Shown: positions 1 to 10,153 of the stretch, in pieces
Position numbering within the stretch: position 1 is the first letter of the stretch
How the letters are laid out: every line of letters starts with the position of its first letter
Assembly (NCBI GenBank): GCA_963731745.1
Contig: CAVSWT010000032.1
Span: 35,369 to 99,368, forward strand
Source of the DNA: an uncultured Ignavibacteriales bacterium
GTDB lineage: Bacteria; Bacteroidota; Ignavibacteria; Ignavibacteriales; Ignavibacteriaceae
Direction of reading: 5' to 3'
DNA length: 64,000 nt
Notes under the pieces: model-generated
Databases searched by the model: none
The model's input: only the letters and a program-made list of their open reading frames with translations
What the model was told of the DNA's origin: nothing
Translations under genes and position numbers: made by a program

Positions 1-1003
1 TTTCGTTTGGAATGAAAAGATTTGTATATCTTCTATTGTCATAATTTATGTCATCATCTTCAATTTCAGCCAACACATCAACAAAGCCTGTTGCCTTAAC
101 ATCTGTTTCCATTGTTAACACTTTAGTCTCTTTTGGATTGAGAGAAATACTTTGCTGTCCGCTTCTTTCACCATTAATGAATAATGATACCACTAAGTTT
201 TCTACATTTTTTGAAGAATAATTTGTAACCGTAATATTAAAACTTACAGGTTTGTTCTTTTCAAAAATCTGAGTATTGGTTTTTAATTCATCAATACCAA
301 CATTAAATATTTCTTTGCCTGAATAGTTGAATGTATAAAGATTTATTTTGTCATTAAGTAGTCCGCTCAAATCAGAAAGTGATTTTTCGTCTGCGAATAA
401 CCTGGATTGAAAATCAGAAAAAATATAAATTTCTTTATTAAAATTTTGAGAAGTTGAAAGTATTTGTCCTGCATTTACAATTGCATTATGAAGCATTCCG
501 CTTGAATAAGAAATTTGAGCTTCTTCTACTTTTTTTTCCAAATCATTTAAATTTGAGGTAAGCTTTATTTGTTCATCCGGATTTGAAACTAAAACCAAAG
601 CTGCGTCATCGCCTTCCTGCAGATGTTGAATTAAATTTTTAATTGCTTCTTTAGCCTGATTAAAGTACGAACCTTTCTGATCAATAATAGACATGCTGAA
701 CGTATTATCTAATATAAAAACGGAAGTCGTTTTTGCCGCTGATGTTGTTCCGCCAATTGCAACACCTCTTAAAGTTGGACGTGCAAATGCTGTAACTAAA
801 AAAAGTATAATCAAAACTCTTAATGCAAGTAATAACCATTGCTTCACTTTAATTTTTCTAATTTTATTTTTCTGCAGTTCCTTTAAAAACCTTAAAGTGC
901 TAAATTCAACTTTTTTTAATTTTCGAAGATTAAATAGATGAATTAAGATTGGAATTGATGCAGCTAAAAGTCCAAATAAAACAGCGGGATTTAAAAAAAT
1001 CAT
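1..1003 (-). CDS. VWA-domain protein with BatA-like N-terminal double-transmembrane anchor (C-terminal part lies outside the window)
   Basis: I translated the minus strand by hand from the ATG at 1003..1001, and it stays open to position 1. It begins MIFLNPAVLFGLLAASIPILIHLFNLRKLKKVEFSTLRFL (BatA-type start), followed by FILDNTFSMS (MIDAS-like DxTxS). It is absent from the ORF track because the window edge truncates it. Confidence 0.7.
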   Translation of the reverse strand, partial: MIFLNPAVLFGLLAASIPILIHLFNLRKLKKVEFSTLRFLKELQKNKIRKIKVKQWLLLALRVLIILFLVTAFARPTLRGVAIGGTTSAAKTTSVFILDNTFSMSIIDQKGSYFNQAKEAIKNLIQHLQEGDDAALVLVSNPDEQIKLTSNLNDLEKKVEEAQISYSSGMLHNAIVNAGQILSTSQNFNKEIYIFSDFQSRLFADEKSLSDLSGLLNDKINLYTFNYSGKEIFNVGIDELKTNTQIFEKNKPVSFNITVTNYSSKNVENLVVSLFINGERSGQQSISLNPKETKVLTMETDVKATGFVDVLAEIEDDDINYDNRRYTNLFIPNE

Positions 1004-1189
1004 AAATAACAGAGTTCTTAAATAAATAAAATTTTGTTTGTTTTGATTACAATTCTCGCTTAAATCGAAATCAAATAACAATAAGATTCAATCAATAATA
1101 AAATAAATAAGCGAGAAGAAAAAATTAAATTGAAATATTAATAATTAACCTATAATTTGAGGTGCAAATTAATTATTAAAGGCATTAAA

Positions 1190-2824
1190 ATGAATAGCAG
1201 ATATTTATACCTCAAAATCCTGATTTCATTATTAATTATTTTATTTATGGTTGGCTGTGGAAATTCTCCTGAATATACAATTGTGAAAGGAAAAGTTTTA
1301 GCAAGCGACAATCAACCGCTTTTAAAAGCAGATGTCAGCTTAAATTATACAACCGGCGGCAAACCCATTAAAACTGTAGAAGTCGGTAAAGACGGCAATT
1401 ATCAAATTCAAATTAAAGAAGAAGGAATTTTTGCACTAACTTTTTCAGGAGTTAATCACACCTCTTTGTCTGTCCCAATTTTGAATGACAAAAAAGAAGT
1501 GATAGAACTAAATGTAAAATTACAAAAATACAATTACACAGATAAATTTGAAGATGTAAATATCATTGGGGACTTTAATAATTTTAATTTCAGAACTGCA
1601 AAAAGAATGACTAAACAGGACAATGGAACATTTACTGCAGAAATTAATACTGATAAAGATTCATTAGCGTATCAATTACTTGGTGCAGAAAAAACCGGAA
1701 GAAGCATAAATGGAACACAAACAGATGAATATGTTTACGACGGCGGAGGCGATTACAGATCAGTAGTTGCTGTAAAAGGAGGAAAAGTAAAAATTGTTTT
1801 TGATCCTTCTAAAATAACAAAAGATGATTCTAAACCAGAAACTGTATTTAAGAATGATGAAAGGCAGGCTAAATTATATTCACTAAAAAAAGAACTCGAT
1901 TCAAGAGAACAAACTTATAGGCAGGAATCTGCTAAAAATCCTGGAGTAAAACCGAATATAGATTTCACAAATAAATTTTCAGAGATTAAAAGGCAAATCG
2001 AATCAGCCACAGATCATTTTGAAAGAAATCTTCAATTTATAAATTATCTTCATCTTGCAAATTTAACCGGCAATATTCCTGAGAAGGAAATTATTTCAAA
2101 AGCTTTTATCGAAATTGAACCCTCATCATATCTTTGGAGTATAGATCCAACAGTTTTGGATTTAACACTACAGCAAAACGAAAAGAACAAATATGATTTT
2201 GTTGATAAAGTAATAAATCAAAATAAAGACGATGGAGTTGTTGCCTATCTGCTTTATATTAAAATGGATGAAGCACAGAGTACAGGTAATATACAAGATG
2301 CAAAATTATATCATGGCAAACTGATAAATAAATTTGCCGACACTCCATTTGGTAAATATGCAAAGAAAGTTGTTATTGATGATAAAATAATTGCGGGAAA
2401 ACCAATCCCAAGTTTTGCAGTAAAATCCTTGACTGATCCAAAACAAATTTTCAGTGATAAAAACATGAAGGGCAAGGTTTACTTAGTAGATTTTTGGGCC
2501 ACCTGGTGTCATCCATGCATTGGTGAAATGCCATATCTTCATGAAGCATATAAAAAATATCACGATAAAGGATTTGATATTCTCAGTCTTTCTTTCGATC
2601 AGCAGCAGACAGACATTAATAAATTCCGAAATAATAAATGGAAGATGCCGTGGGAACATAGTTTTGTAGTCAATGGATTTAACAGTGATTTAGCAAAAGA
2701 ATTTCAAGTTGACGGCATTCCAAAACCGATTTTAGTTGATAAAAACGGAAATATTATAGCCACGCAAAATCAAGTTAGAGGTCAAAATTTATTAGATGAA
2801 CTGGATAGAATATTTGCCAATTAA
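1190..2824 (+). CDS. Lipoprotein with a C-terminal TlpA/thioredoxin-like thiol-disulfide oxidoreductase domain and a long N-terminal extension
   Basis: Signal peptide plus lipobox FMVGC. C-terminal VYLVDFWATWCHPCIGEMPYL (WCxxC thioredoxin fold). N-terminal region has KGKVL..DVSL..GKDGNYQIQ (carboxypeptidase-regulatory-like) and IIGDFNNFNF..M..GTF (CBM48/E-set-like). The ATG at 1190 is preferred over the track's TTG at 1157. Confidence 0.8.
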   Translation: MNSRYLYLKILISLLIILFMVGCGNSPEYTIVKGKVLASDNQPLLKADVSLNYTTGGKPIKTVEVGKDGNYQIQIKEEGIFALTFSGVNHTSLSVPILNDKKEVIELNVKLQKYNYTDKFEDVNIIGDFNNFNFRTAKRMTKQDNGTFTAEINTDKDSLAYQLLGAEKTGRSINGTQTDEYVYDGGGDYRSVVAVKGGKVKIVFDPSKITKDDSKPETVFKNDERQAKLYSLKKELDSREQTYRQESAKNPGVKPNIDFTNKFSEIKRQIESATDHFERNLQFINYLHLANLTGNIPEKEIISKAFIEIEPSSYLWSIDPTVLDLTLQQNEKNKYDFVDKVINQNKDDGVVAYLLYIKMDEAQSTGNIQDAKLYHGKLINKFADTPFGKYAKKVVIDDKIIAGKPIPSFAVKSLTDPKQIFSDKNMKGKVYLVDFWATWCHPCIGEMPYLHEAYKKYHDKGFDILSLSFDQQQTDINKFRNNKWKMPWEHSFVVNGFNSDLAKEFQVDGIPKPILVDKNGNIIATQNQVRGQNLLDELDRIFAN

Positions 2825-2918
2825 AAAATCATTAAATTAATATATTTACAAAATAACAGGGGCTGAAATTTTTTAATTTAAAAATAATTTTTTGTTATAA
2901 AATAATATAAATAGCGGT

Positions 2919-3383
2919 ATGGGCGAAGTACTTAAAAATAGAATAAAGCAATCAAAATTTGAAAGTGAAGCTCAGGAAGTTACACTAAACCTATTAGTCG
3001 CTGCCAACTATGTTCGTACAAAACATGAAGAGATTTGTTATAAGTATAAAATTACTTTGTCTCAATATAATGTTTTAAGAATATTAAAAGGCGCTTATCC
3101 GGATGGTTATCCAAGATTCGATATCATACAAAGAATGTTAGACCCAAGCCCTGATGTTACAAGACTAATAGATAAATTGGATAAAGAAAAATTGGTTGAA
3201 AGATTCACTTCAAATGAAGATAGAAGGCTTTCAATTTCCAAAATAACAAAAAAAGGGATTCAACTCTTAGAAGATATGAAACCAGCTATTACTGCTATGG
3301 ACAATCTTATTGCCTCAAAATTATCTATGGAAGATTGTAAAAAATTATCCGCATTATGTGAAAATTTGTACAAAGAAGATTAA
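2919..3383 (+). CDS. MarR-family winged-helix transcriptional regulator
   Basis: 154 aa. The pattern LSQYNVLRIL...DVTRLIDKLDKEKLVER..SNEDRRL is typical of the MarR wHTH. Confidence 0.75.
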   Translation: MGEVLKNRIKQSKFESEAQEVTLNLLVAANYVRTKHEEICYKYKITLSQYNVLRILKGAYPDGYPRFDIIQRMLDPSPDVTRLIDKLDKEKLVERFTSNEDRRLSISKITKKGIQLLEDMKPAITAMDNLIASKLSMEDCKKLSALCENLYKED

Positions 3384-3495
3384 AAATAAATTTTGCATCA
3401 TTAATTTTTTATGATACAAACTTCATATTCAACTGACCAAGGGATATGAATTACATTTATAAGTATGGCAAAATAAATTGATCTACTCGTAAATG

Positions 3496-3534
3496 AAAAA
3501 GGCTGTTCAATAAAATATTGAACAGCCTTTTTTG
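3496..3534. terminator. Bidirectional rho-independent terminator between convergent genes
   Basis: aaaaaGGCTGTTCAAtaaaataTTGAACAGCCttttt: a perfect 10-bp stem with A-run and T-run flanks, lying between the MarR gene (+) and the aconitase gene (-). Confidence 0.6.
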
Positions 3535-3548
3535 TAAATGAAGTAATA

Positions 3549-5810
3549 TTAATCTTTATTTTTTTGAGCGATAAGATTCAATGCACTGCCTGCTTTAAAC
3601 CATTCGATTTGTGCGGAATTAAAGGTATGATTTAATAAAATTTCCTCTTTTGAACCATCATTATGCTTTACAGTCATTTTAACTTGTTTTTCAGGCGCAA
3701 TAGAAGATACATGTAAATCAATTTTATCATCTTCTTTAATTTTGTCATAATCGGCAGGATTAGCAAAAGTTAATGGAAGCATGCCTTGCTTCTTCAAATT
3801 GGTTTCATGAATTCTTGCAAAACTTTTAACAATGATTGCTCTTCCACCTAAGAATCTCGGTTCCATTGCAGCATGTTCGCGGCTGGAACCTTCACCATAA
3901 TTTTCATCACCAATTACAACCCAATCATGTCCGTGTTTTTTATATGATCGCGCAACTTCAGGCACGGATTTATAATCACCTGTATAAATGTTTTTAACTT
4001 TTCCAGCATCATTAGTATAAGCGTTTATAGCACCGATAAACATATTATTCGAAATATTATCCAAGTGCCCTCTAAATCTTAACCAAGGTCCAGCCATAGA
4101 AATATGATCGGTAGTGCATTTACCTTTGGCTTTTAGCAGCACAGGCAAATCAACTAAATCCTTTCCGCTCCATTTCTTAAAAGGCTGTAATAATTGAAGT
4201 CTTTCACTCTCAGGTTTTACAACAACTTCTATCTTCGATCCATCTTTAGCCGGGGCAACGAATCCATCTTCACCTTTATCAAAACCCGTAGGAGGTAATT
4301 CTTCACCTGTTGGAGGTTCTAATTTTACTTTTTCACCTTTTTCATTTTCTAATTCATCAGTCAACGGATTGAATGAAAGTTTTCCGGCGATGGCTAATGC
4401 AGTAGTTATTTCGGGACTTGCTACAAATGCCAGGGTTTCAGGATTTCCATCATTTCTTTTTGCAAAATTTCTATTGAAAGAAGTTACAATTGTATTTTTT
4501 TCACCCGTTTTAATATCCACTCTTTTCCACATTCCTATACATGGTCCGCAAGCATTAGCTAAAACAAGTCCTCCAAAATCACTCAAAGTTTTTAATTGAC
4601 CATCACGTTCGATGGTTGCTCTAACTTGTTCTGAACCCGGTGTTATAGTAAACTGAGACTTTGCTTTTAAACCTTTTGACAACGCCTGTTTAGCAATATT
4701 TGTCGAACGGTCAATATCTTCGTAAGATGAATTAGTACAGCTTCCTATTAATGCAACCCTTATGTTATCAGGAAAATCCATTTCTTTTACAGCATCTTTC
4801 ATTTTAGAAATAGGGATTGCTTTATCTGGAGTAAACGGTCCATTTAAATGCGGTTCTAATTCGCTTAAATTTATTTCAATTACTTGATCATAATATTTAT
4901 TAGGATCGGCAAAAACTTCTTTATCAGCGACTAATTCATCTGCCAAACCCTCCGCCAATGCAGCGACATCTGCCCTTCCAGTAATTCTTAAATATGCTGA
5001 CATTTTTTCATCGAATGGGAAAATTGAAGTGGTAGCACCAATCTCGGCGCCCATATTACAAATTGTTCCTTTACCCGTACATGAAATTGTTGTGGTTCCT
5101 TCTCCAAAGTATTCGACTATTGCACCAGTACCGCCTTTAACAGTTAATATTCCGGCCAGCTTTAATATTATATCTTTGGCTGAAGTCCAGCCAGACATTT
5201 TTCCTGTCAGTTTAATACCAATCAATTTTGGCCATTTCAATTCCCATGGCATTCCAGCCATAACATCAACTGCATCAGCTCCTCCAACACCAATTGCAAT
5301 CATTCCTAATCCTCCGGCGTTTGGAGTGTGCGAATCTGTTCCAATCATCATCCCGCCTGGAAATGCATAATTTTCCAGTACAACTTGGTGAATAATTCCA
5401 GCACCAGGTTTCCAGAAACCAATTCCATATTTTCGGGAAATACTTTCTAAAAAATCATAAACTTCCCTATTCTCTTCTGTTGCTCTAAGTAAATCATCTT
5501 TAGCACCAACTTGAGCTTGAATTAAATGATCACAATGTACAGTAGATGGTACCGCCGTTTCTTTTTTGTTTGCTGACATAAATTGCAGCAAAGCCATTTG
5601 AGCAGTTGCGTCCTGCATTGCAACACGATCTGGAGCTAAATCAGCATAATCTTTTCCTTTTTTCATTTCAGATTTAACTGGATCCCATAGATGTGTGTAC
5701 AATACTTTTTCAGCATAAGTTAACGGTCTATTTAAGGTTTTTCTTATAGCTATAAGTTTTTCTCTGAATTCAGAATAATTCTTTTTTATCATTTCGATGT
5801 TTGCGGCCAT
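3549..5810 (-). CDS. acnA: Aconitate hydratase (roughly 750-aa mitochondrial-type aconitase)
   Basis: 753 aa. Fe-S ligand contexts IGTDSHT, GSCTNSS and NACGPCIG are present, along with the swivel-domain motif [15 protein letters not shown]. Confidence 0.95.
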   Translation of the reverse strand: MAANIEMIKKNYSEFREKLIAIRKTLNRPLTYAEKVLYTHLWDPVKSEMKKGKDYADLAPDRVAMQDATAQMALLQFMSANKKETAVPSTVHCDHLIQAQVGAKDDLLRATEENREVYDFLESISRKYGIGFWKPGAGIIHQVVLENYAFPGGMMIGTDSHTPNAGGLGMIAIGVGGADAVDVMAGMPWELKWPKLIGIKLTGKMSGWTSAKDIILKLAGILTVKGGTGAIVEYFGEGTTTISCTGKGTICNMGAEIGATTSIFPFDEKMSAYLRITGRADVAALAEGLADELVADKEVFADPNKYYDQVIEINLSELEPHLNGPFTPDKAIPISKMKDAVKEMDFPDNIRVALIGSCTNSSYEDIDRSTNIAKQALSKGLKAKSQFTITPGSEQVRATIERDGQLKTLSDFGGLVLANACGPCIGMWKRVDIKTGEKNTIVTSFNRNFAKRNDGNPETLAFVASPEITTALAIAGKLSFNPLTDELENEKGEKVKLEPPTGEELPPTGFDKGEDGFVAPAKDGSKIEVVVKPESERLQLLQPFKKWSGKDLVDLPVLLKAKGKCTTDHISMAGPWLRFRGHLDNISNNMFIGAINAYTNDAGKVKNIYTGDYKSVPEVARSYKKHGHDWVVIGDENYGEGSSREHAAMEPRFLGGRAIIVKSFARIHETNLKKQGMLPLTFANPADYDKIKEDDKIDLHVSSIAPEKQVKMTVKHNDGSKEEILLNHTFNSAQIEWFKAGSALNLIAQKNKD

Positions 5811-5975
5811 GATTTATCCTTAATTTTAAAAATTTATTTTTTAATGAATGTTCTTAAAATACTAAAATAAGAATAAATTTGCGTAACCAATTTTTATATC
5901 TTAAATAAGATTTTATTATGTTTATTTTAATTTTAATTTACCTTTTAAATTGAATTTGGTTGTGGAGATTAATTA

Positions 5976-7370
5976 ATGAAAAAAACATCCATCTTAGTTG
6001 TAGATGATGAAGAAAATTATTTAATGATTTTAAAAGAATTATTGCATGAAGAAGGATACGATGAAGTAATCACTGAAAATAGATCAAGAAATGTATTATC
6101 AATTTTAAAGAATAACGATATTGATCTTATTTTATGTGATATAAATATGCCTGAAATGGATGGCTTAGAACTGCTTGAAGAGGTGTCACAGTCCTTTCCC
6201 AAGATTCCAATGATTATGATAACAGGAATGGATGATGTGGAAACAGCTTTAAAAGCCATTAAACTGGGAGCTTATTATTACATCACAAAACCACCGGATA
6301 CTGATAAATTATTTCTTACTATTAAAAGAGCTTTAGAACAGAGATTGCTTGAACTTGAAAGAGATTCGCTTAGATCTTCGTCGATAAATTCAGATAACAA
6401 AAAATTAATTTTTCAAGATATTATTACTGATTCACCTGTGATGTTTAAAGTTTTTGAACTTGTAGAAATTTTTGCTCCTACAAATGAGACTGTTTTAATT
6501 ATGGGTGAAACCGGAACCGGCAAAGATTTGATAGCAAATAAAATTCATGAACTTTCACCCAGAAAGGACAAACAATTTGTTGTTGTAAATTTAGCCTCAA
6601 TAAGCTCTTCTCTATTTGAAAGTGAATTGTTTGGCCATAAAAAAGGCTCATTTACAGGGGCCTTAAATGAAAAAATTGGTTATTTCGAAGAAGCAAATGG
6701 AGGAACTATTTTTTTAGATGAAATAGGAGAGCTTCCTTTCGAATTACAAGGTAAATTATTGAGAGCAATACAATACAGTGAGATATACAGAATTGGAAAC
6801 CCTAAGCCAATTAAATTAGATATTCGAATAATCGCTGCTACTAACAGGGACCTCGCTGAAGATGTAAATAATAAAAAATTTAGAGCGGATCTATATTACA
6901 GGCTAAATAGAGGATTTATAAAATTACCACCACTTAGAAAAAGAGGTGACGATGTTATACTTCTAGCGAAATTTTTCTTAGAAATTGGAAATACCACATA
7001 CTCTAAAAATATACCGGGCTTTACCGATACATTATTAAATTCACTCAAAAAATATAGCTATCCGGGCAATGTTCGAGAACTTGAAAATCTCATTCTAAAT
7101 TCAGTTGCAAAAAGTGATGATTTTAAACCTATAGATAAGATAAACTTTGATTCCAATAATTTGAAAATTAATCTTAATGAAGCAGATGCAGATGAATTTC
7201 AAACCGGTGAAATTAATTTATTATCAATAGAAGATGCGGTAAAAAAGCATATTAAAAATATAATGAAATATGCAGATGGAAATGTTCAAAAAGCTGCTGT
7301 GATTTTAGGTGTAAGTGAACGAACATTGCAAAGAAGATTACAACAAATGAGAAATGAGTCTACCGCCTAA
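5976..7370 (+). CDS. Sigma-54-dependent response regulator (NtrC/Fis family)
   Basis: Receiver domain (ILVVDDE..LILCDINMPEMDG..ITKP). AAA+ sigma-54 interaction domain (GETGTGKD, ESELFGHKKGSFTGA, TIFLDEIGE, YPGNVRELEN). C-terminal Fis-type HTH (AAVILGVSERTLQRRL). Confidence 0.9.
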   Translation: MKKTSILVVDDEENYLMILKELLHEEGYDEVITENRSRNVLSILKNNDIDLILCDINMPEMDGLELLEEVSQSFPKIPMIMITGMDDVETALKAIKLGAYYYITKPPDTDKLFLTIKRALEQRLLELERDSLRSSSINSDNKKLIFQDIITDSPVMFKVFELVEIFAPTNETVLIMGETGTGKDLIANKIHELSPRKDKQFVVVNLASISSSLFESELFGHKKGSFTGALNEKIGYFEEANGGTIFLDEIGELPFELQGKLLRAIQYSEIYRIGNPKPIKLDIRIIAATNRDLAEDVNNKKFRADLYYRLNRGFIKLPPLRKRGDDVILLAKFFLEIGNTTYSKNIPGFTDTLLNSLKKYSYPGNVRELENLILNSVAKSDDFKPIDKINFDSNNLKINLNEADADEFQTGEINLLSIEDAVKKHIKNIMKYADGNVQKAAVILGVSERTLQRRLQQMRNESTA

Positions 7371-7394
7371 AAAGCATATTTTGTCATTAGCGCC

Positions 7395-7423
7395 AAAAAT
7401 GACGTCATTTTTGACGTTTGACA
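7395..7423. promoter_or_regulatory. Candidate enhancer (UAS): 18-bp perfect palindrome plus extra TGAC(G/A) half-sites
   Basis: AAAAATGACGTCATTTTT occupies 7395..7412, followed by TGACG (7412) and TGACA (7419). A TGTCA lies at 7382. The palindrome is centred about 85 bp upstream of the -24 element at 7488. Confidence 0.4.
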
Positions 7424-7486
7424 CTTTCTAATTATAAAACTCCCTCTAAAACCTTATAAAATTAAACCTTCTACCGATTTACCGTA

Positions 7487-7502
7487 CGGCATATTAGTTG
7501 CG
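7487..7502 (+). promoter_or_regulatory. Candidate sigma-54 (-24/-12) promoter
   Basis: cGGCATattagTTGCg has GG at 7488-7489 and GC at 7500-7501. This is exactly the consensus TGGCAC-N5-TTGC spacing. It lies about 35 nt upstream of the ATG at 7536. Confidence 0.5.
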
Positions 7503-7535
7503 AATATTAACATAAAGTTTATATAGGAGTCAAAA

Positions 7536-7736
7536 ATGTCATTTATTCTTCTCTATGTTTTATTTGGAATTTTAGTCGGTGCCGTAAGTCTGTATTTCTT
7601 AAAATCTTCACCTAATGGATGGGAAGATAGTGAAGGATTTCACTATGGGAACCTGGGTGAAAATGAAATACAGCAAACTCAAATTGTTAAAGCTAAACCA
7701 GTTAGTGAATTAGGATACAAACTAAGACAAGTTTAG
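7536..7736 (+). CDS. Small membrane protein (66 aa), hypothetical
   Basis: AGGAG RBS 7 nt upstream. N-terminal TM helix ILLYVLFGILVGAVSLYFL. Sits immediately downstream of the sigma-54 promoter candidate. Confidence 0.5.
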   Translation: MSFILLYVLFGILVGAVSLYFLKSSPNGWEDSEGFHYGNLGENEIQQTQIVKAKPVSELGYKLRQV

Positions 7737-7770
7737 CATTTATTCTAAAATCTAATCTACTTGATAATAA

Positions 7771-7950
7771 ATGAAACAGTTAAGTTATATTGATAGAAAT
7801 CAGGAAGAATGGTCAATTGAAAAGGGAGACTGGCTAGGCTTTCAATATGAAGATGACAAAATTCAAAAAAACAAAGAAATGAAGAGGAAAATATTTGTTG
7901 TTCTTCTACTATTACCGGTTCTAATTCTACTAACCACGATTACTCTTTAA
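7771..7950 (+). CDS. Possible tail-anchored micro-protein (59 aa)
   Basis: Translated by hand as MKQLSYIDRNQEEWSIEKGDWLGFQYEDDKIQKNKEMKRKIFVVLLLLPVLILLTTITL*. It is below the ORF-track size cut-off and has no clear RBS. Confidence 0.3.
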   Translation: MKQLSYIDRNQEEWSIEKGDWLGFQYEDDKIQKNKEMKRKIFVVLLLLPVLILLTTITL

Positions 7951-8035
7951 ATTCGTTCGTTTTTAGTTCTAACAAAATAAAGTAAGTAATTATTAAGAAT
8001 AAATTATACTAGATATAATTTAGGAGATAATTTAT

Positions 8036-8293
8036 ATGCAAAATATAACTCCAATTTCCAAAGAGGAACTATACAATGAATGTTTGGACTTCTGCTTGCC
8101 AGTTAATCGTTCAGACAACGTAAACACACTTAAGAATTATCTTACGGCTGCTTATGATGAAGTAAAAGTATTTGATGATACAATTCAGAATCCGACTCCT
8201 GACGCTTTTAACCTAGATGAAGAACCCATTTATATAGGAAAGAAAAGAATAAATTTTGGATATTTATTAAGCAGAATCTTCTCACTTTTTTGA
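8036..8293 (+). CDS. Hypothetical protein (85 aa)
   Basis: ORF with an AGGAGA RBS. I recognise no motif. Confidence 0.3.
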   Translation: MQNITPISKEELYNECLDFCLPVNRSDNVNTLKNYLTAAYDEVKVFDDTIQNPTPDAFNLDEEPIYIGKKRINFGYLLSRIFSLF

Positions 8294-8294
8294 T

Positions 8295-8669
8295 CTATAA
8301 AGAAATATCATCGTTTCTAATAAATAATAGAATCGATGAATGCGGAACGATTAAAAACTTCTCTTTTTCAAATTCAATTTCAAAAGCTTCCTTCCTTAAA
8401 AAAATTGCCAAATCTCCTACTTTAGCCTGTAACGGAATATATTTTACTGGTTCTTTAGTTTCTTTCCAAGGTTCATCCTCGATATTTACAGCAGTAGCAT
8501 ATCCAGGACCAACTTTAATTACATAACCACTTTGAATTTTTTCTTTCTCCACAACCCCGGGAGGAAGGAATAAACCAGTATCGGTTTTGTTTACTTGTTC
8601 CTCAGGCCTAATGAGTACTTTATCGCCAACTACTATAAATTTTTCGATGTTATTCAATTGTAATTCCAA
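8295..8669 (-). CDS. GroES/Cpn10-like family protein (stand-alone, divergent)
   Basis: The pattern VVGDKVLIRPEE..KTDTGLFLP....QSGYVIKVGPG....PL.AKVGDLAIF....FLIV..SSIL mirrors the GroES fold signature. No groEL is adjacent. Confidence 0.55.
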   Translation of the reverse strand: MELQLNNIEKFIVVGDKVLIRPEEQVNKTDTGLFLPPGVVEKEKIQSGYVIKVGPGYATAVNIEDEPWKETKEPVKYIPLQAKVGDLAIFLRKEAFEIEFEKEKFLIVPHSSILLFIRNDDISL

Positions 8670-8847
8670 ATTGATTCTCTTTAGTAAAAATTATTTTAAA
8701 ACTATATTAAAAATATAAAATATTTTGTGAAATGTTAATTCATAGATTATGACTTACAATTAACATTCATATTGAATTCATTTAATGGTTTTCTAAAAGC
8801 ATTTAACTATTTTTATTATCGGAATTCAAAAAAGCATTTATAAAAAA

Positions 8848-10101
8848 ATGAAAAAAGTATTATTCATAACATATTTTTGGCCGCCTTCCGGCAAGGCATC
8901 TGTTCACTGGCCTTTAAATATGATAAAATATTTACCTGAATTTGATTGTGATCCATCTGTATTAACTGTCGAAATGGACAATTTTTCTCATCCAGATGAA
9001 AGCCTCTTAAAAGAAATCAACCAAAATTTAAAAGTAAAAAAGTCTAAATCATCTGAACCCTTTAATCTTTATAGAAGATTTATTGGGAAAAAAAAGGACG
9101 AACCATTAATTGCATCAGAGACAATTTCTTTAGTAAATAAAAAATTCAGTCATCGGTTATCAATCTGGATAAGGATGAATTTATTTATCCCGGATGCACG
9201 AATAGGTTGGTATTTTTCAGCAATTAAAGAAGGAAAAAAATTCTTAAATGGTTACAAGCATGACGCAATCATTACTATAGGCCCTCCCCACTCTGCTCAT
9301 TTAATCGGGAAAAAATTAAGTAAGATTTTTAAAATTCCCCATGTCCCTGTATTTATTGATCCCTGGACAAATATAATTTACTATAAAGATTTTAAGAGAA
9401 GTAAATTAACTTTAAAAATAGATAATTACTTAGAAAAAAAAGTCTTAGGAAATGCCGATAAAGTTGTTTTTGTAACCAAAACAATGAAGAAGGATTATGA
9501 TGAAAAATACCCTAATATTAAAACTAAATCTCACGTACTTTATTGGGGTTATAATGAGGAAAAGTTTATAAAAAAAGAAAAAACTTTTTTTGGCGACGAA
9601 AAGATAATCCTACATGCGGGGAATATTTTTGATTATCAAAATCCAAAAAAATTTTGGGAACAAATAAAATTAGAAATACAAAAAGGTAACAATCTTAAGT
9701 TAAGATTTATAGGAACGGTTAGTCCTGAGATTAAACAATCGATACATATGGCTGGTTTGGATGATGTTACTAATTATTTGGGATTTCTACTATATGATCA
9801 ATTGATCGATGAACTGTTGAATGCTTCTTATTTATTAGTTTGTGCTACTGAACCTCGACATGTTCCTGGTAAAATATTTGAATATTTAAGAACCGGCAAT
9901 CCAATTATAGCTTTTGGAGATGACAATAAAGAAGTAGAACAAATCTTAAGGGAATCAAATGCAGGAATGATTTTCAAATACTCGGATGATGCCCATGAAT
10001 TTTTTATAACTGCTAAAAATTTCAAAACAGATTTAGATTTTGTGAAGCAATTTGATAGAAAAAATATAGCAAAAGAATTAAGTGAAATATTAAAGAGTTA
10101 A
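8848..10101 (+). CDS. Glycosyltransferase (GT-B fold, GT4-like)
   Basis: 417 aa. N-terminal KKVLFITYFWPPSGKAS and C-terminal EPRHVPGKIFEYLRTGNPIIAFG are typical of a GT-B C-terminal domain (E-x7-E-like region). Confidence 0.65.
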   Translation: MKKVLFITYFWPPSGKASVHWPLNMIKYLPEFDCDPSVLTVEMDNFSHPDESLLKEINQNLKVKKSKSSEPFNLYRRFIGKKKDEPLIASETISLVNKKFSHRLSIWIRMNLFIPDARIGWYFSAIKEGKKFLNGYKHDAIITIGPPHSAHLIGKKLSKIFKIPHVPVFIDPWTNIIYYKDFKRSKLTLKIDNYLEKKVLGNADKVVFVTKTMKKDYDEKYPNIKTKSHVLYWGYNEEKFIKKEKTFFGDEKIILHAGNIFDYQNPKKFWEQIKLEIQKGNNLKLRFIGTVSPEIKQSIHMAGLDDVTNYLGFLLYDQLIDELLNASYLLVCATEPRHVPGKIFEYLRTGNPIIAFGDDNKEVEQILRESNAGMIFKYSDDAHEFFITAKNFKTDLDFVKQFDRKNIAKELSEILKS

Positions 10102-10153
10102 GACTTATATAAATCTTAACTCTTCTTAAAATAAAAAGAAGGACACTTTTAGA

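Noticed and set aside
693-941. An 82-aa plus-strand ORF from the track.
   Set aside because: It lies entirely antisense within the well-supported BatA/VWA-like minus-strand gene. Its translation is low-complexity, so it is a shadow ORF.
4369-5370. Plus-strand ORFs 4369..4599 and 5029..5370.
   Set aside because: They are antisense shadows inside the aconitase gene, and the aconitase frame carries all conserved motifs.
6017-6259. Minus-strand 80-aa ORF inside the response-regulator gene.
   Set aside because: It is antisense to the clearly recognisable receiver domain, with no RBS or motif.
8290-8526. Plus-strand 78-aa ORF.
   Set aside because: It overlaps the GroES-like gene in antisense, and only the minus-strand frame shows a recognisable fold signature.
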